DNA of 64,000 nucleotides from contig OY761159.2 of the NCBI GenBank assembly GCA_963664395.2, positions 128,001 to 192,000 on the forward strand, in the 5' to 3' direction. Shown here piece by piece: positions 50,274-59,500 of this stretch. Source of the stretch: Candidatus Binatia bacterium. GTDB lineage: Bacteria; Desulfobacterota; Binatia; Bin18. Position 1 is the stretch's first letter; each line of letters opens with the position of its first letter. A program made the position numbers and the translations under genes. A model generated the notes under the pieces. The model searched no databases. It saw nothing but the letters and a program-made list of their open reading frames with translations, and was not told the DNA's origin.

Positions 50274-51665
50274 TCAAGTCCTTTTCGTTTTCTTCCGACT
50301 TTTCGCCCTCTTCCGACCTTTCGTTTTTGCGACTGCTCCCCTACCCGCTGTCACGCACTGCCGGAAAATCCGATGCCAATTGGTCACCGTACCAAATTGC
50401 TGCACATACGCCTCAAGGCCAAGCAACGCCCGGACTAAGAATAGTCCGTGCCCAGGCGTCTTGAATATCCGATGCTGGAGACCGATGTTTGTCACCTCCA
50501 TGGCCCTCTCCACCGCGTGAAAATCTTGTGGGTCATAGGCGCAGTCCTCCAGGACAGGCTCAAAAATAAGATACATGATCCGAACAAGCGGCGCGGGCTC
50601 ATCACCAGGATCAAGATAGCCAAGCTCAAGGAAACACCGCGCCATGGTTATTTCGTCTCGCTCCAGGACGGCTTGCGCCAGCCTGCGATATCCTGCTCGA
50701 ATGTCCTCCGGGAAAAGACGCACACTGCCAAAGTCCAGTATGGCAATCCTGGGATGGTACGTAATCAGATAATTGCCAGGATGCGGATCAGTATGGAGCA
50801 CACCAAAAGAACAAATCTGCCGCCAGGTAATCTCAAAATACTTCACCGCCACCCAGTCTTTGAGCTCTCGATCAACTCCGGGAGCTAACACATCTTGCAA
50901 TTTGTAGCCGTCAACAAATTCTAGGGTTAATACGCGCCGCGAGGAAAAATCAGGATAGACACGGGGAATGATGACGGCATCGTCTCCAGCGAAGAGGCGC
51001 TGAAAAATCGCAATATTGTTGGCTTCATTGACATAATCGATCTCTTCTCGTAAGCGTTCTTCCATTTCCTGATAGATCTCAGCAGCATCAAAGTTCTGGC
51101 GCATGACATCGCGCAGGATGAGGGTCAAAACCTTGAGCAACGCTTTCAGGTTCTTGAGGTCCTGTTCGACGGTCTCGTCAACCCCTGGATATTGGACCTT
51201 CACAACAACCTCTGCGCCACTCAGGAGTTGCGCCCGATGGACCTGCCCAAGCGAGGCCGCGGCAAAGGCATTTTTGTCAAAGCGTTTGAAGAGCTGTTCC
51301 GGGTCTTTTCCAAGCTCGTTTTCGACTTGGGCTCGGATGAGATCATAATCCATAGGCGGGACGGACGATTGGACGACCGAAAGAATGTCGAGGACCTCGG
51401 TCGGAAAGAGGTCGCTGCGCATGCTCAGCATTTGAATCAGCTTCATGAATGCGCCGCGCAGTTCCTGGGAGCCGGCCACAATCTTCAGCGCGTTTTTGAG
51501 ATGCAGCTCAAACAGCTCCTGCTCTTTTGCATCCGCTGACTGGAACGGCTGTTTCAGGGCGTTCCAGGCGTAGCTAGTGCTGACCGAGGTCGCCAGCGAA
51601 CCGACCTGAAGGGCGCGTTTTGCCCGCCCTCGGGTCAAGGCGTTGGAAGATTTTTTGGATGGCAT
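50274..51665 (-). CDS. AarF/UbiB/ABC1 atypical kinase
   Basis: AAASLGQVH, VKVQYPG, HTDPHPGN, LDFG. Confidence 0.93.
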   Translation of the reverse strand: MPSKKSSNALTRGRAKRALQVGSLATSVSTSYAWNALKQPFQSADAKEQELFELHLKNALKIVAGSQELRGAFMKLIQMLSMRSDLFPTEVLDILSVVQSSVPPMDYDLIRAQVENELGKDPEQLFKRFDKNAFAAASLGQVHRAQLLSGAEVVVKVQYPGVDETVEQDLKNLKALLKVLTLILRDVMRQNFDAAEIYQEMEERLREEIDYVNEANNIAIFQRLFAGDDAVIIPRVYPDFSSRRVLTLEFVDGYKLQDVLAPGVDRELKDWVAVKYFEITWRQICSFGVLHTDPHPGNYLITYHPRIAILDFGSVRLFPEDIRAGYRRLAQAVLERDEITMARCFLELGYLDPGDEPAPLVRIMYLIFEPVLEDCAYDPQDFHAVERAMEVTNIGLQHRIFKTPGHGLFLVRALLGLEAYVQQFGTVTNWHRIFRQCVTAGRGAVAKTKGRKRAKSRKKTKRT

Positions 51666-51986
51666 AGACGAGATGAAGTATGTTTGCGTATTCAGGACAT
51701 AGAATAATTGTGGCGGACCACCGCAAGCCGGATACGGTGACGGTTAAGCTGCTTCTTAACATAAACGAGGCATTCCCCCTTTTGTAGTAGCAACGGAGTG
51801 ACCCCCACTCCAAAGAAAATAAAGGCGGACACTGCACCGAAGCTGCGACTAAAACGGTGCTAGGGCTAGTGATCTCAGACGGGAAACGGTGATTTCGATA
51901 CCGCTCTATACTACGAGAATTTTGTAGAGGTGCTAAAAAATGAGTCGTCTGTTTGTGTGGAAGGTATTGAGGTGAGGAGTGATGGA

Positions 51987-52739
51987 GTGACCAAGATACT
52001 CAGCGACAGAAGAGACGACTGCGTTCAGATCCGCTTAGCGTCCGGCGAGACGAATGTGCTGACCACCGAGATGCTAGGCGCCTTGTCTGCCGCGCTGGCA
52101 GAGGCCGAGCAGAGTGCCCGAGGGGTGATGCTGTGTGGGGGCGACAAGTTCTTCTCCAACGGCGTCGATCTGGAATGGGCGCTGACCCAGTCGCGCGCCG
52201 AGATCCGCGCCCTGTTTCTCGAACTGGGGTATTGCATCCTCAAGATTATGGAATCTCCTGTGCCGGTCGTCGGGGTGGTGAAAGGGCATGCCATTGGCGG
52301 GGCGTTGGCGCTTCTGCTGGCCTGTGACTATCGGTATGGGGCAACTGGCCGCGTTTTGCTCGGCAAGCCAGAAATCCTGCTGGGGGTGCCCAACCCCTAC
52401 TAGGGCGATCAATTGTTGCGCTTTATCGCCGGGGATTTTGTGGCCTCCGACTTGATTTATACCGGTAGACTGGTCCCTGCTGACGAGGCCCACGCCCTCC
52501 ACCTGATTCACGCTGTGGGCACGAAAGAAGAAATCGAAGCGGTGGCTTGGCAGCAGCTCCTCGTCTTGCGCGATCTCGCCCCCGAGGCGTTCGCCGAGTC
52601 GAAACGGATGCGAACCGGACGCTTTTGCGCCGATGTGAGAGAACAGATGTTGGCCCGGGTAGCGCGTCAAGTTGAGATCTGGAACAGCGCTGAAGCCCAG
52701 ACCAGATTACACGCCGCAGCAAAGCGGCTTGCCCGCTAA
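51987..52739 (+). pseudogene. Enoyl-CoA hydratase/isomerase interrupted by an in-frame TAG at 52401-52403
   Basis: KFFSNGVDL, GHAIGG, PEILLGVPNPY*GDQLLRF; the same frame continues to TAA 52739. Confidence 0.85.
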
Positions 52740-52902
52740 CGCCTGTGGCCCCTCACTGATGACAGGCCCTAGCCTTTTCGATCATACCTGCATACCAAGG
52801 GGATATTTGATAGGAAAAGCATCCAAAGAGAGGCAGTGAAGAAGACAAAATAATATGGCGAAAATCCTGCTGAGGCCGGTATGTAAATAAGGAGGAAAAC
52901 GG

Positions 52903-53495
52903 ATGCATGATGTTGTGATTCGTGGCGGAACCATTTCGCGGCTACGGCTGCGCGGGAGAAACGTGACCCACGCGAGGTGGTCTACGATCTGATGTTGGAG
53001 CAAAACGGCCGGTCCTTTTTGATGTATGCCGCATTCGGATATGCCGATGGCAACGCCGACTGCCTGCGCGAGCTGATATGCGACCCGATTACGGTCCTGG
53101 GTGGCAGTGATGCCGGTGCCCATGTGCGGCAAATCATAGACGCGGGCATGCCGACATACGCCCTGACGCATTGGGTGCGCAATAAAGCGGCCGGCGATCC
53201 AAGCCGACTGCCGCTGGAGTTTGTGGTCAAGAAGTTGACGCACGACAGTGCCCGTCTATTTGGGATGACCGATCGCGGGACGCTGGAGCCTGGTGCGAAG
53301 GCCGATGTGAATGTGATTGATTATGACAACCTGAGTGTCAGCCACCCGGAAATGATCTACGATCTTCCCGCCGGTATGCCGCGTTTAATGCAAACCGCGA
53401 ACGGGTATGAAAAGACCTTTGTGAGTGGCGAAGTCGTGCAAGAGAACGGCAAAGACACCGGCGCTCGGCCGGGGCGTATCGTGCGCAGCGCCTAG
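52903..53495 (+). pseudogene. N-acyl-D-amino-acid deacylase/amidohydrolase remnant with a large internal deletion
   Basis: AGGAGG RBS + MHDVVIRGGTI (family N-terminus) is joined out of frame to the C-terminal third (GSDAGAHV, DRGTLEPGAKADVNVID, GARPGRIVR). Confidence 0.85.
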
Positions 53496-53687
53496 CAACC
53501 GATATGCCGAGTATTCCTGCAATCACGAGCACTCGGGCAGGGCTGCTCGTAGCCCGTCTGATGCGGACCTGGTTCAGGACGAGGAGAGCCGTTTGGGTGA
53601 CCGGACTTATTCCAGTTCGATGTTAGGAGGCCGTCCTGGTATTCTGTGACGGATAATCAAATAATCAGCAGCCTAAAGGAGCAAGAC

Positions 53688-54128
53688 ATGAACATCGACC
53701 AACACAACGATTTGGAAGCAATTCGCCAACTCAAAGCGCGCTATTTTCGATTGATGGATACGCGCCAGTGGGAGCTCTGGAGAGAATGTTTCACTACAGA
53801 TATTTCGGCTGTATACGAGGGTGCGCCGCGGGCAAGCGAGAATCTGCCGCGTGACATCGAGATCAAGGGGCGCGACGCGCTGGTTGACGGCGTCCGTACG
53901 CTGATGACCGGCGCAAAATCGATACATCAGGGGTATATGCCGGAAATTGAGCTGACCAGCGCAACGACCGCGAGGGCGGTCTGGTCAATGTTTGACGATG
54001 TGCGCCTGCCGACTTGCCATTTTAAGGGCTGGGGCCACTACCACGAAGACTATGTGAAGGAAGATGGCCAGTGGAAGCTCAAGAAGATCCACTTGACCCG
54101 CCTCCATACCGAGGAAGAATGGGTCTAG
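53688..54128 (+). CDS. SnoaL/NTF2-like (BaiE-type) protein
   Basis: AIRQLKARYFRLMD, HQGYMPEI, GWGHYHEDY; AAGGAG RBS before ATG 53688. Confidence 0.88.
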   Translation: MNIDQHNDLEAIRQLKARYFRLMDTRQWELWRECFTTDISAVYEGAPRASENLPRDIEIKGRDALVDGVRTLMTGAKSIHQGYMPEIELTSATTARAVWSMFDDVRLPTCHFKGWGHYHEDYVKEDGQWKLKKIHLTRLHTEEEWV

Positions 54129-54599
54129 CCCGATCTTTGCAGAGGCCAAATCCTAGGACTACGTGCGGCCACGAGCCCGGCTTGGCGGTGGCAGAAGCAG
54201 GGGCCGCGAGGCTGGCGTGGCCGGGGCTTCAAGAGCGTGTGCGCGAGTGGAGTATTCTCAGTGGGTGATGTTCGGTGGGCTAACAGCAGTATTTGCCTCG
54301 ACTTTTCCCGCCAACTGGCCCAGTTTCTCTCCCATAGTTGCCGATGACCACATTGGGGCAAAGGCCGGGGGCCTCAGCGACAAAAGAGTTGAGACTCTAT
54401 GCTGTATTCCTTTCGGTGACGAAGTCGCTCAAGTCGGCCTCGCGCGCTTCGATACGGTCGAACCATCCTTTTAGGTAAATGAGATCGTCGACATCAATGT
54501 TTCTCGTCGACACAGCGCTTGAAAATGGGGGCCGGTGATTCGTCAACGGTGAACGAGAATCATTTGTCACCGCCCCCCTTAGATAAGGCCCGTTGTGGG

Positions 54600-55352
54600 T
54601 TACAGCTCCAAGGGCATTTTGAAGTAGGTGTGCATGATCCGGTCGCGGTGTTCCAACAATATGGGATCGACCGCGGCGGTGACCTCGGCAGGCGTGTTCT
54701 CGAACATGGGCCGAATGGACAGGTCGAGCAAAATGTCTTCGGGCGATTGGAGGACAACGAAGTTACTAAACGCGGCCCAGTAAAAATCGGCGACCGTCAC
54801 GGCTTGTCCGATAATGTAATCGCTCCCGCGGGCTTTTTGCGCTTTTAGGGTCGCGGCGAGTTCGGTCATGAAGGCGATGACGCGCGGATTGGCCAGTTTC
54901 GCGTCCGCGTCGCGGTAGCCATATTTCAAACCGAATGCGGACGGTCCGGTTGCGTCATCAGCCGGACGCATCATGTCGAGCCGGCGGTTCCAGCCGAAAC
55001 CAAGCTCGCCGCAAATCTCGTGACCGATTCCAAATAATTGAACGCGCTCGGCTGCGTTTTCCGGCACGAGCGGCTTGTCCAGCGCGAGCCGTTCGAGCGA
55101 AAGCAAAATATCATCCCAACGGTTGATTGGTTTTTCATCGTTCCAGGCAACCACCGGCCCGCTGTTCGTACCCGACCACGCAAGCAGCTCCGGGTTTTCC
55201 GCCATCGGTTTTTGCGGCCCGAGCGTAAAGTCCAAGGACTTGTACTCCATCATCGCCTTAACAGCGACGCCCCAGGCACTGGGCATACCTTGCACTAAAA
55301 TAAGACGTAGGCCATTCGCATTGATGGCTTGATTGATGTCAACATAGGTCAT
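54600..55352 (-). CDS. Glutathione S-transferase-like protein
   Basis: PSAWG, PVVAWNDE, YIIGQAVTVADFYWA; AGGAGG RBS. Confidence 0.75.
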   Translation of the reverse strand: MTYVDINQAINANGLRLILVQGMPSAWGVAVKAMMEYKSLDFTLGPQKPMAENPELLAWSGTNSGPVVAWNDEKPINRWDDILLSLERLALDKPLVPENAAERVQLFGIGHEICGELGFGWNRRLDMMRPADDATGPSAFGLKYGYRDADAKLANPRVIAFMTELAATLKAQKARGSDYIIGQAVTVADFYWAAFSNFVVLQSPEDILLDLSIRPMFENTPAEVTAAVDPILLEHRDRIMHTYFKMPLEL

Positions 55353-55505
55353 TGCTTGTCTCCTCCTATCTTCGATTACGAAATCTTCCGCATCTCTCTT
55401 TAACGAAATTACAAGTCGCCCGCTACCCACGTCCGAACTTCACGTGTCGTGAGGTGAAAGGGGAATTCTCCTCAGGTCAGAGTTCGGGCGGTCGCGAGAG
55501 CCCCA

Positions 55506-55593
55506 CACAATCTTCAGCACGTTTTTGAGATACAAGTCGAACAGCTCCGGCTCTTTTTCATCCGCTGGCTGGAACGGCTGTTTCAGCGCGTTC
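55506..55593 (-). repeat. Diverged duplicate of AarF-kinase codons about 34-63 (direct repeat of 51477-51564)
   Basis: Hand alignment: 88 nt, ungapped, 9 mismatches. Confidence 0.9.
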
Positions 55594-56743
55594 GAAGCTC
55601 GTTCAAGAGCTCGGTGCGATGCCCATCAAGCTCAGGCGGTCCGCGGCGAATCGACGGAGCCGCTCCATTTATCCGCAAGGGTGAGGCGAAAGTCCGGGTG
55701 GTTGCACCGTTGGGGAGCGTTAAAGGTTGGACCCACCCCATCTCGACAACCTGCGCGTCTGACAATGCTTCAGCGTACGTGTTGGTGGGGCCACACGGGA
55801 CCCCCCGAGCTTCAAAGGTTTCAAGCCAGTCGGCCACCGTACGCGTGATGAACACCTTTTCGAGGATTTCTTTGAGCACCGTCTGGTTGGCAGCGCGATC
55901 GGTCGTCGTGAGAAACCGTGGATCGACAGCGAGGTCCGGCTGACCGACCTCCTCGCAGACGATCTGCCACAGCTTGTTATTACCGGCGGCAAGTACAAAA
56001 TTGCCATCCTTCGCCCGAAACAGATCATAGGGCGCATTACGGGGATGCGCCGCGCCGAGTTTCCGAGGATTCTTTCCAGTCCCAAAAAATTCGCTGGTTT
56101 GGAGGGCGGCGATGGCCATGCTCACGCCCATCATCGGGACGTCAATATGACCGCCAGGCTCACCCGCCCGGACTCGGGCCAGCAAGGACGAGACGGCAAA
56201 GGCGGCATACAGGCCGGCGGCAAAGTCCACTAACGGCACCCCGCATTTGACCGGGGCTCCATCCGGCTCGCCGGTCACGCTCATGATCCCCGCTATCGCC
56301 TGTATCGTGACATCGAAGCCACCCTGCTGGGCACGCGGGCCACTTTGCCCAAAGGCTGACAGTGAGCAGTAGATCAGCTGCGGCTGCGTCTCGGCGAAGT
56401 CCTCATAGCCGAGCCCGAGACGCTCCATCACTCCAGGCCGGTTGTTCTCGATCACAACATCCGCGCTCCGGACCAATCGGCACGCCACGTCGTTATCGGC
56501 CGCGTCTTTCAAATTCAACGCGATAGAGCGCTTATTGCGATTGAGTGAGGCAAAGTTCTCACTAAACCCGCCCGTTATCGGCGGCCATTGACGTAGGGCG
56601 TCACCTTGGCGTGGCTCAACCTTCACCACGTCCGCACCAAAATCCGCGAACAGCATGCCACAAAAGGGACCTGCCGCCACATTGCAAAACTCAATCACCC
56701 TGACATCCGCGAGGGGCCGCGTTGATCCTGCCGTGCGATTCAC
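55583..56743 (-). CDS. CoA-transferase family III (CaiB/BaiF)
   Basis: VIEFCNVAAGP, NRNKRS, ENNRPG, GFDVTIQA; GTG start after AGGAGG. Confidence 0.92.
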   Translation of the reverse strand: MNRTAGSTRPLADVRVIEFCNVAAGPFCGMLFADFGADVVKVEPRQGDALRQWPPITGGFSENFASLNRNKRSIALNLKDAADNDVACRLVRSADVVIENNRPGVMERLGLGYEDFAETQPQLIYCSLSAFGQSGPRAQQGGFDVTIQAIAGIMSVTGEPDGAPVKCGVPLVDFAAGLYAAFAVSSLLARVRAGEPGGHIDVPMMGVSMAIAALQTSEFFGTGKNPRKLGAAHPRNAPYDLFRAKDGNFVLAAGNNKLWQIVCEEVGQPDLAVDPRFLTTTDRAANQTVLKEILEKVFITRTVADWLETFEARGVPCGPTNTYAEALSDAQVVEMGWVQPLTLPNGATTRTFASPLRINGAAPSIRRGPPELDGHRTELLNELRTR

Positions 56744-56799
56744 TGCCTCTCTCCTCCTGACCCAACCGCACCTCAGCCGCGGTTGGTGAGATTCAGACT

Positions 56800-58008
56800 T
56801 CACGTTCCCCGTACCGCCTGCGCGCGGAGATGTTCACCCCCGCCCTTTGGCATGGCATGGCGCAAGTCGGCTTGCTGCATAAGGGGCAAAACAGTTGAGA
56901 TAAAATAATCGAGGTCCGGCCCGAAGTCGAAGAAATTGACCTGCACCCCGTCCACGCCAGCCTGACGCAGGCGGACGAACCACTCCACGATCATTTCCGG
57001 TGTCCCCACAAGATGGAGATTGCCGCCCACTGCCCACTCGAGCGCGCTATGCTGACGCCACGAAGACTGGTCCCCGCCCATGAAGGCGTTGAAGAAGTTT
57101 GCGACTGCCACCTCATCCCGTTCATCCCGAATCCGCTTATACCACGCCTGCGCCTCTTTCTCAGTTGGGCGACAAATCACATGCGGATTGACGAGAATCT
57201 TGACCTCTCGGCCCTTTTTCCGGGCGTGCGTCTTGATAGGCACAATGCGCTGGGGTAAGGACGCGCAAGCCTTGTCCGGATCGGCTCCCGTGGGCGCAGT
57301 CGCAAAGATGATATCCGCGTGACTGGTGGCATAGTCCATACCCGCCGGCGACGAGCCGGCACTGACCAGGACGGGTAAGCCATTCACGGGTTTGGGCGCA
57401 ACAAAAGCGCCGGCCGTCTTATACCACTCGCCGGTATAATCGAGGTTTTTATCCTCAGTCCACAGTCGCTTCATCACCGTCGTGAATTCATCCGCCATGG
57501 CGTAGCGTTGATTGTGCGGGAATGCTGCCTGGCCAAACATAGCGGCTTCGTCCGGTCGATAGCCGGTCACGACATTCAGACCCCAGCGGCCATGACTGAT
57601 ATGGTCGATGACGGCTCCATATTTAGCAATATGTAAGGGATGCCAGCCGTAGAGGACATGGATCGTTGATATGAGCAGGACATTGTGGGTCAGCGGTGCG
57701 AGGGCGGCACTGGTGATAAAGGGATCAATGGAGTGCTCACGAAAATGAATGTCACCACCATAGCCGCCTTTGCCAAGCCAGGTGGCCAGGGCAAAGATGA
57801 GGTCAAAGCCGGCCTCATCAACCCGGACTGCGAGTTCGGCATTATACTCAAAGGTCCACGAGGTCTTCCGGGGAGCTTTCGATGGTGTCCACGCGCCTTG
57901 TTGGTGGGGCATGAACAGTCCGAGCATAAGCGGTTGGCGGACCGCTCGCTCAAACGAGGTGAGGCCATCGAGCGGTTGCAGATGGGGTGCGGAGCTGATG
58001 CGTGTCAT
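56800..58008 (-). CDS. LLM-class FMNH2-dependent monooxygenase (SsuD/RutA/SfnG-like)
   Basis: WLGKGGYGG, GRWGLNVVTG, VSAGSSPAG, LVGTPEMI. Confidence 0.9.
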   Translation of the reverse strand: MTRISSAPHLQPLDGLTSFERAVRQPLMLGLFMPHQQGAWTPSKAPRKTSWTFEYNAELAVRVDEAGFDLIFALATWLGKGGYGGDIHFREHSIDPFITSAALAPLTHNVLLISTIHVLYGWHPLHIAKYGAVIDHISHGRWGLNVVTGYRPDEAAMFGQAAFPHNQRYAMADEFTTVMKRLWTEDKNLDYTGEWYKTAGAFVAPKPVNGLPVLVSAGSSPAGMDYATSHADIIFATAPTGADPDKACASLPQRIVPIKTHARKKGREVKILVNPHVICRPTEKEAQAWYKRIRDERDEVAVANFFNAFMGGDQSSWRQHSALEWAVGGNLHLVGTPEMIVEWFVRLRQAGVDGVQVNFFDFGPDLDYFISTVLPLMQQADLRHAMPKGGGEHLRAQAVRGT

Positions 58009-58096
58009 GGCTCTCTCAGCCTGCAAGCAGGGTACGGGCTTCGGTGGTTTTGCCCGGCAACTGCCGTCACCCGGCCTAGGCCACGCAGACCCGTCT

Positions 58097-59320
58097 CTAG
58101 TCGTCGTCCGAAGTCGCTGCGTCCAGCTCGGGCAGCACCTCAGTCATGAACACACCCAGTTCCTCCAGCATGAGTTCTTTGGGACAGTGCGCGTAGTGCC
58201 AGATGAGCGTGATGTACTCGCACGGCAGCGAGGCGTAGATATGGCGCCATTCCGTTTTCAGCTGCTCCACCGTGCCGCCCAGAAAAATACCACTGTCCTT
58301 CATGCCCTGGAGCGTGGCCGCTTGGGTGTCGAACTTGGGGATGCCGTCGTAGAACGTCGAGTAGTGTTGGACCCACATTTCGTAATCGTAGCGCAGCAAC
58401 TTGTCGGTAAATTCCTGTTCGTCGCGCCCGAGATGAATCCAACGCGCAATATTCTGTCGGGCCCCCAGCGGATAATCCGTGCCGGCCGCCCGCCCCTCTT
58501 CAACATACAGCCTGGCGAAGTTCACCAGGGTATCGAGGGCCGTGAAATAGGTCGGCCGAAAACCATGCTGGGCCAGAAAGGGAACCGAGGCGGCACTGCC
58601 GCTCATCGGGACGAACACCCGCGGATAGGGGTCGCTATACGGGCTCGGCACCACGCTCACCCGGCGAATGGCTCCGTCGGGTCCGAGTTCCCCCGGTGCG
58701 CCGGCAGCCTCGATACTCTTGCGTGCCGGATAGCCCCGCACACCGGTTTCGTACGGATACGGAATCTCGTAATGAGGCTGCTTGGTCTCCACGGATTCCT
58801 GCTGCCAGCACTGGAGCAATATGCGCGTACTCTCCTCGAACATCTCACGGTTGCGCGTGTCCGCCGCGCTGCCGTCCGACACGGTCGCCACGGCCCGGAC
58901 ATGCTGCCCCAGGATGTCCATCCAGCGAGACTGGTAGCCGCGCGTCAGACCCACAAAGAAACGGCCCTGGGTCATGTGATCGAGGATGGCGGTTTCCTCT
59001 GCCACCCGAATCGGATCGCGGGTCGCCATCACGTAGCCGAGGGCACCGACATAGGCATGCTTCACCTGACTCGCCCACCACGCATTCAGGACTCCGGGGT
59101 TCGGACCCACCTCGTACCCCTCGGAATGCAGGTGGTGCTCGATGGTACTGATGCCCCACACACCCATTTCGTCGAGCTGTTTCACCAGGTCGAAGGTCTC
59201 ATGCAGCACCTGATGGTACACGTCACGATTGCGCCCCAGCGGGCGCTTGCGCTCGCGGTCGGCACGGTCCTCGGCCGGAAGCACGGGATAGATTTGCACG
59301 ATCACTTTTGGTGTTGCCAC
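58097..59320 (-). CDS. LLM-class flavin-dependent oxidoreductase
   Basis: TIEHHLHSEGYE, DPIRVAEETAILDH, RGYQSRW; GTG start after AAGGAG. Confidence 0.88.
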   Translation of the reverse strand: MATPKVIVQIYPVLPAEDRADRERKRPLGRNRDVYHQVLHETFDLVKQLDEMGVWGISTIEHHLHSEGYEVGPNPGVLNAWWASQVKHAYVGALGYVMATRDPIRVAEETAILDHMTQGRFFVGLTRGYQSRWMDILGQHVRAVATVSDGSAADTRNREMFEESTRILLQCWQQESVETKQPHYEIPYPYETGVRGYPARKSIEAAGAPGELGPDGAIRRVSVVPSPYSDPYPRVFVPMSGSAASVPFLAQHGFRPTYFTALDTLVNFARLYVEEGRAAGTDYPLGARQNIARWIHLGRDEQEFTDKLLRYDYEMWVQHYSTFYDGIPKFDTQAATLQGMKDSGIFLGGTVEQLKTEWRHIYASLPCEYITLIWHYAHCPKELMLEELGVFMTEVLPELDAATSDDD

Positions 59321-59500
59321 GCTGTTCTCCTTTGGGCGGTCGGCGTCCCGCCTACGGCAGGCGTACACACCCAGTTCCGAGGCGGTGACCGAGGGTTCGC
59401 GCGTCACCTCCCAACGAGGTGGCCAACCACGCAACATTCCTCTATAGCCAGGGGTATCATACCCCAGCCGTGTTCCATAGCAAGAAGGTGAGAGGTACCC

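Noticed and set aside
51700-51930. Riboswitch or IS end upstream of the crotonase
   Set aside because: Only small hairpins (e.g. GGAGTG-ACCCC-CACTCC); no recognisable consensus or terminal repeats.
52401-52403. Pyrrolysine or programmed read-through at the in-frame TAG
   Set aside because: No pyl genes in the window, many ordinary genes here end in TAG, and neighbours are pseudogenes; a nonsense mutation is simpler.
51477-55593. Diversity-generating retroelement TR/VR pair
   Set aside because: Mismatches are not restricted to adenines on either strand and no reverse transcriptase is present.
57770-59491. 573-aa plus-strand ORF
   Set aside because: Antisense shadow of two LLM genes.
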